A stretch of 32,000 nt of DNA from Cuniculiplasma divulgatum (GTDB lineage Archaea; Thermoplasmatota; Thermoplasmata; Thermoplasmatales; Thermoplasmataceae). The notes under the pieces are model-generated. The model ran no database searches. It was given only the letters and a program-made list of their open reading frames with translations, and was not told the origin of the DNA. The stretch lies in assembly GCF_900083515.1 (NCBI RefSeq), contig NZ_LT671858.1, positions 1,500,001-1,532,000 on the forward strand. The letters are read 5' to 3'. A program made the translations under genes and the position numbers. Positions 9,462 to 17,951 of the stretch are shown here, piece by piece (the stretch's first letter is position 1; each line of letters begins with the position of its first letter).

Positions 9462-10154
9462 TTACTCCTGCTCAGAAAGAAAGAACAGTTCCAGAAAGGG
9501 TGAAATGTTGTTTAGTATTCTGTTCTTCGCCTTATTAAGGTGCTCTTCAACTGTAGATTCAGAAAGGGAAACAATTCTTGCAAGAGATTCTATTTCTGTG
9601 GCCTTTGGTATTTTGAAGTAGCCATTGGCAAGTGCTATTTGCATAATTTTTGCCTGCTTTACAGTTAAGTCGGAGAAAATATCAGATACGGAAACAGTTG
9701 ATACACTTCTCAGTGTTTCTGGATGTATGGACTTACTCTTTTTTATTTTTACCTCACCATATTTTTCGAATGCCTGAATTAGTTTTTCAATTGTACCAGT
9801 CTCAATGACTATGAGAGTAATAGTTTCCAGTCCATTATCGTAAACCACTGGACCTTTCCACAGGGAATAGAGTGATTCAGCTATGCGTATTGATGAATTC
9901 TGGATGCTGCACCTGCATTTCATCATGAGTTCCACCTTACCTTCTTTGTTCTCTCTGTAGACTATGGTTGTTCCAAGCTTCTGTTCTATATTTGCAAATT
10001 CATCTTCGAGAGCCTTCAGATCATTATTTTTCCCGTAGAATTCAAGGTAGTCTATATTAGAATTGCACCATCTCAAGAATTTTATATTTGCAAAATCCTT
10101 AGATAACTGGTTGAATGCAAGGTGATTATCTATAACAAGATCGATTTGCCTCAT
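9462..10154 (-). CDS. Bat-type (HTH_10) transcriptional regulator
   Basis: The C-terminal LTVKQAKIMQIALANGYFKIPKATEIESLARIVSLSESTVEEHLNKAKNRIL matches the HTH_10 (bacterio-opsin-activator-type) pattern. I chose the ATG at 10154 (MRQIDLV...), because the track's longer N-terminus would overlap the divergent gene at 10221. Confidence 0.75.
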   Translation of the reverse strand: MRQIDLVIDNHLAFNQLSKDFANIKFLRWCNSNIDYLEFYGKNNDLKALEDEFANIEQKLGTTIVYRENKEGKVELMMKCRCSIQNSSIRIAESLYSLWKGPVVYDNGLETITLIVIETGTIEKLIQAFEKYGEVKIKKSKSIHPETLRSVSTVSVSDIFSDLTVKQAKIMQIALANGYFKIPKATEIESLARIVSLSESTVEEHLNKAKNRILNNISPFLELFFLSEQE

Positions 10155-10157
10155 GAA

Positions 10158-10175
10158 AGCCAATCCACGTTGGCT
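10158..10175. promoter_or_regulatory. Palindromic operator candidate in the divergent promoter of the HTH_10 regulator
   Basis: AGCCAA-TCCACG-TTGGCT is a perfect 6-bp inverted repeat with a 6-bp spacer. It lies between the regulator ATG (10154) and a TATA-like element (10175-10188). Confidence 0.35.
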
Positions 10176-10220
10176 ATAAATATATACCTTATCTATTGAT
10201 ATGAGTATTGGTGATAAAAA

Positions 10221-10481
10221 ATGGCAAATGTAATTGTTGAGCACAGATGGAAACCAAAGAATGGAGAAGAGGTAACAAAGGTTGTAGGGAGCATAGTGCA
10301 GATGTCCAAGGATGGAAAACTTCCAGCAGGATTTCAGCTAAAATCCATAAACGTCATAGGATCTGAATCTATGGCAATATGCAACTGGGAAGCACCAAGT
10401 GTTAAAGACATGAAAGATCTCCTCGAAAAGGTAAATCCACCAACAAAACACGAAGTATACGAAGCACAGAGACTTGTGTAA
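10221..10481 (+). CDS. Small conserved-looking hypothetical protein (possibly DUF3303-like alpha/beta protein)
   Basis: 86-aa ORF with GGTGAT 6 nt upstream of the ATG and a TATA-like CTATAAATATATA ~40 nt upstream. The family assignment is only a pattern impression. Confidence 0.55.
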   Translation: MANVIVEHRWKPKNGEEVTKVVGSIVQMSKDGKLPAGFQLKSINVIGSESMAICNWEAPSVKDMKDLLEKVNPPTKHEVYEAQRLV

Positions 10482-10562
10482 ATTATTAATGAGTAGACGT
10501 AACATTGGGTTTATAAAAACCCTTTACAAAATTTAGATTTTTTGGATTATCCACTATGGTAA

Positions 10563-11114
10563 TTAATCGAATTTTTTGGCTTCAATAGATTTTGCCAGTT
10601 CTGAACTACTTTTCAGATCTGCGAACCATTCTCCAAGTACACTGTTTTCTAATTCCACTATCTGACCTGCACTAATATTCTTTCTATCATATGTGCTATG
10701 CCCATCTGATGCAAGAATGATCTTATATCCATGGGCAAAAGCATCCCTGATTGTTGAATCAACACAAAGCTCCGATTGCATTCCACAAATTATCAGGTTC
10801 TTAATTCCTTCACTTTTCAACACCATATCAAGATCGGTTTCATAGAATGCATCGGGATAGTTCTTATGTATAACTGTCTCAGATTCCTTTGATAAGAATT
10901 CGTCGTAAATTGCCCATCCCTCAGTTCCTGGTTCGAGACTATCCCCTTTTTTTCCTGAGTGTTGAATCATTATGACTGGATACTTCTTCTTCCTTGCAGA
11001 ATCCAAAATCATTTTCACATTTCTTATAAGATCTTCTTTCATGAAAACTTTTTCTTCACCGTTAAGCATTCCGTTCTGAAGATCTATTACAAGAATTGCA
11101 GTTTCTTTCATCAC
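10563..11114 (-). CDS. Isochorismatase-family cysteine hydrolase
   Basis: 183-aa ORF with AILVIDLQNG near the N-terminus and ICGMQSELCVDSTIRDA (catalytic Cys context), typical of the isochorismatase/nicotinamidase family. Confidence 0.85.
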   Translation of the reverse strand: MMKETAILVIDLQNGMLNGEEKVFMKEDLIRNVKMILDSARKKKYPVIMIQHSGKKGDSLEPGTEGWAIYDEFLSKESETVIHKNYPDAFYETDLDMVLKSEGIKNLIICGMQSELCVDSTIRDAFAHGYKIILASDGHSTYDRKNISAGQIVELENSVLGEWFADLKSSSELAKSIEAKKFD

Positions 11115-11213
11115 TACAAATATCTAATTCCTATATATAAATTAACAATTTTAATATTATGAAGATAATGAATTTATTTTGTTATTCAAAGAATATTACA
11201 ATAAAATTTATGA

Positions 11214-12491
11214 CTACTGAACCTCTTTAAGATTATCCTTTCTTCTGCTTATTAGATAGGAGGAAATATCCTCAACAGAATCATCCTTTTTAAGATTTGA
11301 GAGGCATATAGGACATGCTGTAATGATTTTCTCGGTTCCAGTTTCCTTTAGCTGTCTGAATCTCTCTTCTGATATATTTGAGGAGAGTTTTCCATAGAGT
11401 AATTCGTCTGGTCCTCCACAGCAGAATACCTTCTTCCCTGAGCGATATGGCATACTTACTTTCGCGATTGATTCAAGCAACTTTTTTGGCCTGTTATAAC
11501 CCTCACCTCTGAGAACAAGATGACAGGGCTCGTGATATGTTATATTATCAGAAGTTCTCTGGAAATCATTTTCTTCTAAAAGATCGAGGTAATAAATTAC
11601 CTTAAAATCAAAATCTGTTACATATGAAGGTAGGGTATTCTTTAAAAGATCATATGTGTGAGGATCGACAGTAATAATTGTCTTTACCTTTCTTTCGTGA
11701 AACAGATCACAAAGATACTTTGCATACTCACTGAATTCCTTCTCGTAACCAAGGTCGTGAATGAATGTCCCTGGATAGGGCTCTTCCTCATGCAAATATG
11801 TGAATTTTATACCTGAATCTTTTAAAAGACTGTAAATATTTTTTAAATAACTGTTCATTTCCCTCTCTGTTTTCTTATTTCTGAAATACTTCATATATTT
11901 GGATAATCCTGAATGTTTGGTTAAATACCTGGCCATATTCTTGGAAAAAGCATCCCCCATTGATTTTTCTATTTTTCGCAGTGTTTCGTTATATGCCATC
12001 ATCTGGTACATATTTCCGGTATAAAGCAGATTGGTTGATTCTGATTCAAACTGAAGACCTGCTGACCATCCTGCACATACCTCCCTTATACCAAGTGGAT
12101 TTCTGTATTTCATTGTTAGTTCTACTATCATGTTCGCAATGGGATTTTTTTGATCTTCTATGGTCAGTTCTCCAGATGTGATAATTTCTTTTCCTATTTC
12201 ACTCACCTTCCCTGCATTCACACCGGCGGGGCATACCTGAAGGCAGGCGTAGCAATCAAGGCAACTGTAGAAGGATTCATCGACCTTAAGTTCAATTACC
12301 CCCTTCCCTTTGATTTCCCTTATCATTTCCTTACCCACATCAACCCTTCCTCTGGCCCCTATGGAAGATCTGAAGCCACTGGATGGTAGCGTCGGGCATA
12401 CAGACTCGCAAAAACCACAGTTAATACAGCTATTTACCTCATCCTCAAGCTTCTCAAGGAGATTTAGGCTGTACTCTGATTTTTCAGTCAA
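11214..12491 (-). CDS. (Fe-S)-binding protein, GlcF / HdrD-like (two 4Fe-4S motifs plus CCG domains)
   Basis: CINCGFCESVCPT and CLDCYACLQVCPAG ferredoxin motifs are followed by Cys-rich CCG-type segments (FCCGGPD, CPICLSNL). It has an 8-nt overlap with the upstream FAD oxidase gene. Confidence 0.85.
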   Translation of the reverse strand: MTEKSEYSLNLLEKLEDEVNSCINCGFCESVCPTLPSSGFRSSIGARGRVDVGKEMIREIKGKGVIELKVDESFYSCLDCYACLQVCPAGVNAGKVSEIGKEIITSGELTIEDQKNPIANMIVELTMKYRNPLGIREVCAGWSAGLQFESESTNLLYTGNMYQMMAYNETLRKIEKSMGDAFSKNMARYLTKHSGLSKYMKYFRNKKTEREMNSYLKNIYSLLKDSGIKFTYLHEEEPYPGTFIHDLGYEKEFSEYAKYLCDLFHERKVKTIITVDPHTYDLLKNTLPSYVTDFDFKVIYYLDLLEENDFQRTSDNITYHEPCHLVLRGEGYNRPKKLLESIAKVSMPYRSGKKVFCCGGPDELLYGKLSSNISEERFRQLKETGTEKIITACPICLSNLKKDDSVEDISSYLISRRKDNLKEVQ

Positions 12492-13878
12492 AAATCTTAC
12501 CCCTGTTCATTATGCCCTCTGGATCAAAGGCTTTCTTTATATTCTTCATCAATGTGAGCACCTCCATTGAATTTCTTTCCCTCAACTCCTCCAACAAAAG
12601 TTCTTTTTTCTCCAGTCCTATGCCGTGTTCTGCAGATACAGATCCTCCATGCTTCAGCGCAATTTTTGCAATTGCCATCTGAAACTTTTCTACCCTTTCC
12701 ACGTGATCCTTATTATTCAAATCCACAAGTATATTGGCGTGAATATTGCCATCTCCAATATGTCCAAATAATACTGCTTTTAGATTATATTCCTTAAGTG
12801 CGGACTCTATTTCCATTAGGGATTCGGGGAGCTGGCTTGGTGGAACAACAACATCACCTATTTCTATATATTCATCCTTGAAGTCTCTGAGACCAAGTGA
12901 TGATGAATAAAGCCCCTTTCTTGCCTCATACATTTTTGCCATTTCATCCTTGTCTCTGGTGATTCTTATAACAATAGGACCTTCTGCCTCAATTATTTTC
13001 TTCGCATCCTCAAGCATTCTATCTATGGATTCGTGGGTTGATGCTATATCTATCATCAGTAAATAGTTGCTACTCTCTGGTGAATCTATATTTCTGGCTT
13101 TCTTTATGGTTTCCAGAGAAAGTTTATCCATGAATTCTGCGATATATGGTATTATTCCTCTCCCCTTAAGTTCAGAAATAGATCTGCCCATTTTTTCCAC
13201 GTCCTTGAAATAGGCAAGAATTCTTCCTATTTCCTCTGGTATGGGCCAGATTTTAAGATACGCCTTTGTTATAATAGCCAGTGTGCCTTCATTTCCTGCC
13301 ATTAGTGCAGTAATATCATAACCTTTGGTCCTCTTCAGTGTTCTTCCTCCTACCTCTACTATTTCCCCACTGGGAAGTACGAGTTCAAGACCTAATATCC
13401 ATTCCTTTGTTGTGCCGTATGTGCATGCCCTTAGACCTCCTGCATTTGTTGATATACTTCCTCCAACGGTTGCAGCCATTGAACTGGCAGGATCAGGAGG
13501 ATAGAAAAAACCAAGTTTCGAAAGATAATTATTTAGATCATCCAGTCTTAGGCCGGGTTCGGCAACAATATAACCATCATCTAAATGGGTTTCCAGAATT
13601 CTATTCATTGCGGACATGCTTATAAGAATGGAGTCTTCGTTTGGTACAGGAGAGCCTGTCAGTGCAGAGCCTCCTGAACGCATTACAACCTGAATCTTTT
13701 CTCTTGAACATATTTTCATTAATTTGGAGATCTCCTCCGAATTTTTGGGGATGACTGCTGCCATGGGAATATTTCCCTCAAAATATGATGCGTCCTTCAT
13801 ATATGGCACTAAATCTTCCTTTTTTTCAAGTATTCTATCTCCAAATATTTTCCTAAATTCAGCAATATTATCTTTCAT
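12484..13878 (-). CDS. FAD-linked oxidase, GlcD / D-lactate dehydrogenase-like
   Basis: 464-aa ORF with an FAD_binding_4-type N-terminus (VVMRSGGSALTGSPVP) and a C-terminal HIGDGNIH...SAEHGIGLEK motif typical of GlcD/D-LDH. Confidence 0.9.
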   Translation of the reverse strand: MKDNIAEFRKIFGDRILEKKEDLVPYMKDASYFEGNIPMAAVIPKNSEEISKLMKICSREKIQVVMRSGGSALTGSPVPNEDSILISMSAMNRILETHLDDGYIVAEPGLRLDDLNNYLSKLGFFYPPDPASSMAATVGGSISTNAGGLRACTYGTTKEWILGLELVLPSGEIVEVGGRTLKRTKGYDITALMAGNEGTLAIITKAYLKIWPIPEEIGRILAYFKDVEKMGRSISELKGRGIIPYIAEFMDKLSLETIKKARNIDSPESSNYLLMIDIASTHESIDRMLEDAKKIIEAEGPIVIRITRDKDEMAKMYEARKGLYSSSLGLRDFKDEYIEIGDVVVPPSQLPESLMEIESALKEYNLKAVLFGHIGDGNIHANILVDLNNKDHVERVEKFQMAIAKIALKHGGSVSAEHGIGLEKKELLLEELRERNSMEVLTLMKNIKKAFDPEGIMNRGKIFD

Positions 13879-13995
13879 TCCTTTCCCCAGTGATTGAAAA
13901 GTTGGTAAATATTCTTAACTGTTATGGTTAACATGTTACCTATATAAGGAATTTAGAGAGTTTTATATAAAAGTCCATAACAGAATTACGTTTGA

Positions 13996-14070
13996 TGCAG
14001 GTGCCGGGATTTGGACCCGGGTTGAAAGCTTGGAAGGCTCTCGTGCTAGACCAGACTACACTACACCTGC
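13996..14070 (-). tRNA. tRNA-Gly (anticodon UCC)
   Basis: The reverse complement folds as a cloverleaf: acceptor GCAGGTG/CACCTGC, D-stem GTGT/GCAC, anticodon stem AGAGC/GCTTT with loop CT-TCC-AA, T-stem CCGGG/CCCGG, discriminator A. No CCA is encoded. Confidence 0.9.
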
Positions 14071-14101
14071 TCACAGGGAGATTTATTCTTCTTATTTATT
14101 T

Positions 14102-14111
14102 CTATTTATAA
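14102..14111 (-). promoter_or_regulatory. TATA box candidate for tRNA-Gly
   Basis: The minus strand reads TTATAAATAG, 32-41 nt upstream of the mature tRNA 5' end (14070). Confidence 0.35.
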
Positions 14112-14130
14112 GTTTCGCGTTTTCCTTAAA

Positions 14131-14799
14131 TCATTGAGCGAATGCTACTTGCTGGGTTACATTGTAATACTTTGATCCCGAATGAAGTTCTGTAACCAGT
14201 TTGACTGATGCAAGATAACCCAGATCCTTCAGATTCAGGTATATTGCCTTATCCTTATAATGCTGACTTATTATTGTTGAAGGTGAAGCAGCACCACTGA
14301 CCAGGGCAGACGTCTTGACGAATGATACGTTTGCATTGAATGATATCAAATCTCTAAGAGAATAGTTATTTGGACCCGATGTAAGAACATATTCTCCGTT
14401 CGTCTGATTTACTGCTACCCATACGCCATTATGGCTTATCTGAAGTGAAAGATCAGGAGAGGTGTTGATACTTACCGGTGGATTAAGTGCTATGGACCAG
14501 AATAGAATAGATGCAAGCAAAAATACCATAAGCATGTAAAACTTGTGACTTCCTTTTACCGGAAGTTTTATCCTCAAAATTCCAAGTATTTTGAATAAAC
14601 CTATGAAAAGCACAATAAACAGTAGTATTGAAAGTTCACCCAGACCCTTAATCTGAAGATAGCCTTCAAGTAAGCCGGAACCGATGGCCAGAAGAAAAAC
14701 AACAATTGTACTCTTTGCCCTATCCTTTTCATATCTGAGAAATTGCTCCTCACTGAATTCTGGTTCTTCAAACAATGGTTCATTTTTAGGCTTAGGCAT
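14131..14799 (-). CDS. Hypothetical membrane protein (3 predicted TM segments plus an extracytoplasmic C-terminal domain)
   Basis: 222-aa ORF. The hydrophobic stretches are IVVFLLAIGSGLL, ILLFIVLFIGLFKILGIL and MLMVFLLASILFWSIAL. The C-terminal half carries several N-x-S/T sequons. I recognise no family. Confidence 0.6.
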   Translation of the reverse strand: MPKPKNEPLFEEPEFSEEQFLRYEKDRAKSTIVVFLLAIGSGLLEGYLQIKGLGELSILLFIVLFIGLFKILGILRIKLPVKGSHKFYMLMVFLLASILFWSIALNPPVSINTSPDLSLQISHNGVWVAVNQTNGEYVLTSGPNNYSLRDLISFNANVSFVKTSALVSGAASPSTIISQHYKDKAIYLNLKDLGYLASVKLVTELHSGSKYYNVTQQVAFAQ

Positions 14800-14813
14800 T
14801 TTTTCTGAGATGT

Positions 14814-15461
14814 TTATATCATTAATGAATTTAACGCGTAAAAAGGATCCTTTGCCTTAACCACTCCCGATGAAACAAGAATGCCAGATGCACCAAGCTC
14901 CCTTGAAATTTCCACATCTTTTTTTGTCTTAATGCCTGCGCCAACAAGAAGCCTAGCATCATAGCTCTGGCAGATCTCAACAGCCTTTTCTATAATGTGT
15001 GGTTTTGAGATGGCCACCGATATATCACCGCCTATAAGCTCTGGTGGTTCGTATGCCACAACCGTCGCCCCCATTTGACATATTTCTTTTGTTTCGTCAA
15101 GATCCTTTGAACAAATGATCAGGTTAAAATCGAGTTCAGCTGCTTTTGCAATAGTACTCTTTATGATCGGTTTTGGTATTCTTTTCTCGGAATGATTCAA
15201 TAGAGATCCCTTTATGCCAAAGGTAATTAGATCTTCCATTAAGATGTGTCCAGTATGAGCTCCAAAGGAAACTGAATCCACATGCTGAGATATCAAATTT
15301 TCAAATTCCTTTCCAAGATGAATTCTTGTTACCGGCACTGCAATTTTTAATGATGGTGATGATTTTTCATTTCTTAACTTTCTCAGTAGACTTACAGTGT
15401 TTTGGCCCATGCTTTCAGAGAACGTTTTCAGGTTCACAACTGTTTGAAACATGTTTTTCAT
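14814..15461 (-). CDS. tpiA: Triosephosphate isomerase (archaeal short type)
   Basis: Aligns by eye with archaeal TIM: NLKTF..., GAHTGHIL, LLNHSEKR, AYEPPELIGG, VGAGIKTKKDV, LVSSGVVKAKDP. The start is uncertain (15461, 15452 or 15500). Confidence 0.9.
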   Translation of the reverse strand: MKNMFQTVVNLKTFSESMGQNTVSLLRKLRNEKSSPSLKIAVPVTRIHLGKEFENLISQHVDSVSFGAHTGHILMEDLITFGIKGSLLNHSEKRIPKPIIKSTIAKAAELDFNLIICSKDLDETKEICQMGATVVAYEPPELIGGDISVAISKPHIIEKAVEICQSYDARLLVGAGIKTKKDVEISRELGASGILVSSGVVKAKDPFYALNSLMI

Positions 15462-15557
15462 TACCCCATGCACCCATACATAAACATATTTTCCTTTCAT
15501 CGGTGAACGATGAAGCTCATACTAGGGTAGAATAAAAGAAACATACAACAATGAAAA

Positions 15558-15567
15558 TCTTTAAACC
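15558..15567 (+). promoter_or_regulatory. TATA box candidate for tRNA-Lys
   Basis: TCTTTAAACC is centred ~27-28 nt upstream of the tRNA 5' end (15590). It lies inside a 9-bp inverted repeat (15555-15580). Confidence 0.45.
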
Positions 15568-15589
15568 GATGTAAAGATTTAGGATGGCT

Positions 15590-15663
15590 GGGTCTGTAGC
15601 TTAGCCAGGTAGAGCGATGGACTCTTAATCCATAGGCCGGGGGTTCGAACCCCCTCAGACCCG
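15590..15663 (+). tRNA. tRNA-Lys (anticodon CUU)
   Basis: Cloverleaf: acceptor GGGTCTG/CAGACCC, D-arm GCTT...AGAGC, anticodon stem ATGGA/TCCAT with loop CT-CTT-AA, T-arm GGGGG-TTCGAAC-CCCCT, discriminator G. No CCA is encoded. Confidence 0.9.
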
Positions 15664-15849
15664 CTAACTACAAATTGCTATTGCCTTATCACTTTAAACG
15701 ATGTTTTATTATGTTTTCAATGACATATTAACTATATGTCATGAATATACGAATTTTTTGACTTGATGTATGCTGAAGGAAACTGTTTCTTAAAACAATC
15801 TAAAATTTCGAATTTTTATTCGCATAATCCTTATATATTTATCAAAGTT

Positions 15850-16737
15850 ATGAAGACTATGAAGGCAGTCCTGACAAAAAAGGAAACTGGAACAGAACAA
15901 ATCAGACTGGATCTTGCTTGGGAGCTATTTTTTCCAGGAATCACAGGAAAACATCCTCACTACAGTGACTTACTTTATCCATTTACAAACTGGTTGTGGA
16001 CAGTTCTTGGAAATCAATCTGGATTTATGAGACAGGAACAAAATGTTACAAAAACATTCAAGATCAATGATATGGAAGAATCTTCACTGGTGTTTCTGAT
16101 ACGAATACTTTCAATGTGGTTTGATGAGGTGATCATAGACAGTGATGATGAATCAAATAAAAATCAATGGACTTTTCCAATAACAAATGTTTATGATGAA
16201 GATCTTGACGAAGCTGAGAAGGCACAGCAGCTCATAGCTGAGAATTACAGTTTTAGAAACCTCATGCCTCTTCTTGGACCGAGCAGGGTTTTTGCGACTG
16301 TTGAGCTACTTGGTCCTGATCAGGTATCAGCCAGGCTGCATTCACATTCAACCATAGATGAATTTTACCTTATACTGGATGGAAGTGCAACATTGAGGAT
16401 GAACGGAAAAGAGAGAGTTGTGAAAAGAGGAGACTTTATCTCGAAACCTGCCGGTCCTGATCTGACAAGTCAGATATTAGCGGATCAGGGAACTTCTGTA
16501 AGGATACTTGACATTGAGGTTCATCCTAATGCAGACCCCAGAACAAAGGAGGTTGTTCATTATCCCGACCATGGTGAAATATTGCTTCATGGTCATGGGT
16601 GGAGTTCAATAATTCCAGATGGTGCATTAATGAATACTAATGAGTTCGATAAAAATTATGAAAAAGGGTATTACAGAAAAAAAGATGGAAGCTGGGAGCC
16701 AAAAGATATTCCTGGATATGAGAGAAGAAAAGACTGA
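15850..16737 (+). CDS. Cupin-domain protein with a ~170-aa N-terminal region of unknown function
   Basis: The C-terminal ARLHSHSTIDEFYLILDGSATLRMNGKERVVKRGDFISKPAG is a cupin_2-type motif pair. The track ORF starts at 15763. The TATA-like TTATATATTTAT at 15831-15842 favours a near-leaderless start at 15850 or 15859. Confidence 0.7.
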   Translation: MKTMKAVLTKKETGTEQIRLDLAWELFFPGITGKHPHYSDLLYPFTNWLWTVLGNQSGFMRQEQNVTKTFKINDMEESSLVFLIRILSMWFDEVIIDSDDESNKNQWTFPITNVYDEDLDEAEKAQQLIAENYSFRNLMPLLGPSRVFATVELLGPDQVSARLHSHSTIDEFYLILDGSATLRMNGKERVVKRGDFISKPAGPDLTSQILADQGTSVRILDIEVHPNADPRTKEVVHYPDHGEILLHGHGWSSIIPDGALMNTNEFDKNYEKGYYRKKDGSWEPKDIPGYERRKD

Positions 16738-16806
16738 TAGAATTTTTCTCATTTGAAGTTAAAGAAACTCACTTTTAATTTTCAAATAATAAAGAACTTT
16801 TATGAA

Positions 16807-17586
16807 TTACATTTCAACAAATTCAATCTCAGTGGTTTCGTCCTCTATTCCCTCTCTTGTTGAATTTAGTCTTGTTTTTATTAAATTTACATAGTCATTG
16901 TTAATCTCTATTCCAATTGAGTTTCTACTGTAAAATTCAGCTACAACAGAAGTTGTTCCAGACCCAAGAAATGGATCCAGAACAGTATCTCCTACAACTG
17001 TTGATGAAAGGATAACTCTTTTGAGCAACTCAAAAGGTTTCTGTGTGGGATGGTTTCCAGCCCATTTTTCACTCTTCGGTGTTACAGGAATAGACCACAT
17101 ATTCCTCATTTGTTTGCCATCGTTTAGTTCTTTCATTTTTTCGTAATTAAATACCCATTTCTTTTTAGAGTGATCCTTCACTGCCCATATTAGATGTTCA
17201 GTACTTTCAGTAAACATTCTTGTTGTGATGTTAGGCTGAGCATTTGGCTTGAACCATACAATACTGTTATTGATTTTCATGTTTAGATGCTGCATGATAA
17301 AACCCAGCTGGTATATGTTGTGAAATGAACCGCAAACCCAGAAGCTTCCACCTGGCTTCAGAACGCGTAGCGATTCACTTATCCAGTTCATATTGAATTC
17401 AAAAAGTTCGTCTCTGGTGAATATGTCCCAAACTTCCTGCATTGTAACGTGGCTGCTGAATGCCCAGCTGAGCCCCTTTGATTTTGACATTCCATACGGA
17501 GGATCAGCAAAAATCATGTCTACTGAATTTTGCTCTATTTTCTTTAGAATTTCCAGACTGTTTCCCAGGTATATTCTATGATTCAT
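16807..17586 (-). CDS. Site-specific DNA methyltransferase, beta-class N6A/N4C family (N6_N4_Mtase type)
   Basis: Motif IV IFADPPYGM lies near the N-terminus and the AdoMet motif I VLDPFLGSGTTSVVA near the C-terminus, with TQKPFELLKRVI between them. This is the beta-class order. DPPY favours N6-adenine. I preferred the ATG at 17586 over the GTG at 17595. Confidence 0.9.
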   Translation of the reverse strand: MNHRIYLGNSLEILKKIEQNSVDMIFADPPYGMSKSKGLSWAFSSHVTMQEVWDIFTRDELFEFNMNWISESLRVLKPGGSFWVCGSFHNIYQLGFIMQHLNMKINNSIVWFKPNAQPNITTRMFTESTEHLIWAVKDHSKKKWVFNYEKMKELNDGKQMRNMWSIPVTPKSEKWAGNHPTQKPFELLKRVILSSTVVGDTVLDPFLGSGTTSVVAEFYSRNSIGIEINNDYVNLIKTRLNSTREGIEDETTEIEFVEM

Positions 17587-17951
17587 CTTTACCACTGTTT
17601 AAATATAGATCATCTCTTATTAGCTATTTTTATATGGACTTTTTTAGGTTCCTAATGTTAGAATGGTTTTAATGATTTGTACACTTGCCCTGCATAAAAA
17701 TGAACAACTAATAACAAATAAATTACTAAAGAATTAATCTCGTAAATATATATCATGAATGAGATCATAACAGATAGCATTACGCTTTAATTTGTGGTAA
17801 AATAATATTTAGTGGCTGAGTAATAATATTTATTTATTGTTCTAAGGCTTTTGTTAATACTTAATATAATCATTATCCATGTAACTTATTCTCGAAGTTC
17901 GAAACAGGCAACGAAATAATTTTCGATGCGTGGTATTATGAACTAATGTTG

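Noticed and set aside
2935-10244. Longer N-termini given by the ORF track for L24 (to 3540), L14 (to 3953), L3 (to 9290) and the HTH regulator (to 10244).
   Set aside because: The extensions overlap the preceding genes or add non-conserved residues. Internal ATGs give canonical N-termini, and where I checked the upstream sequence (L24, L3) a GGTGA-type Shine-Dalgarno site is present.
14601-14783. A 60-aa minus-strand ORF inside the 14131-14799 membrane-protein gene, in another frame.
   Set aside because: It is nested in the longer ORF, which shows coherent TM-helix periodicity.
17891-17905. GTTCGAA in the spacer after the methyltransferase, similar to the T-arm of tRNA-Lys. It could be an att-like repeat marking an island.
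   Set aside because: Only ~7-8 nt match and the sequence is itself a TTCGAA palindrome. That is too short to be meaningful, and no integrase is present.
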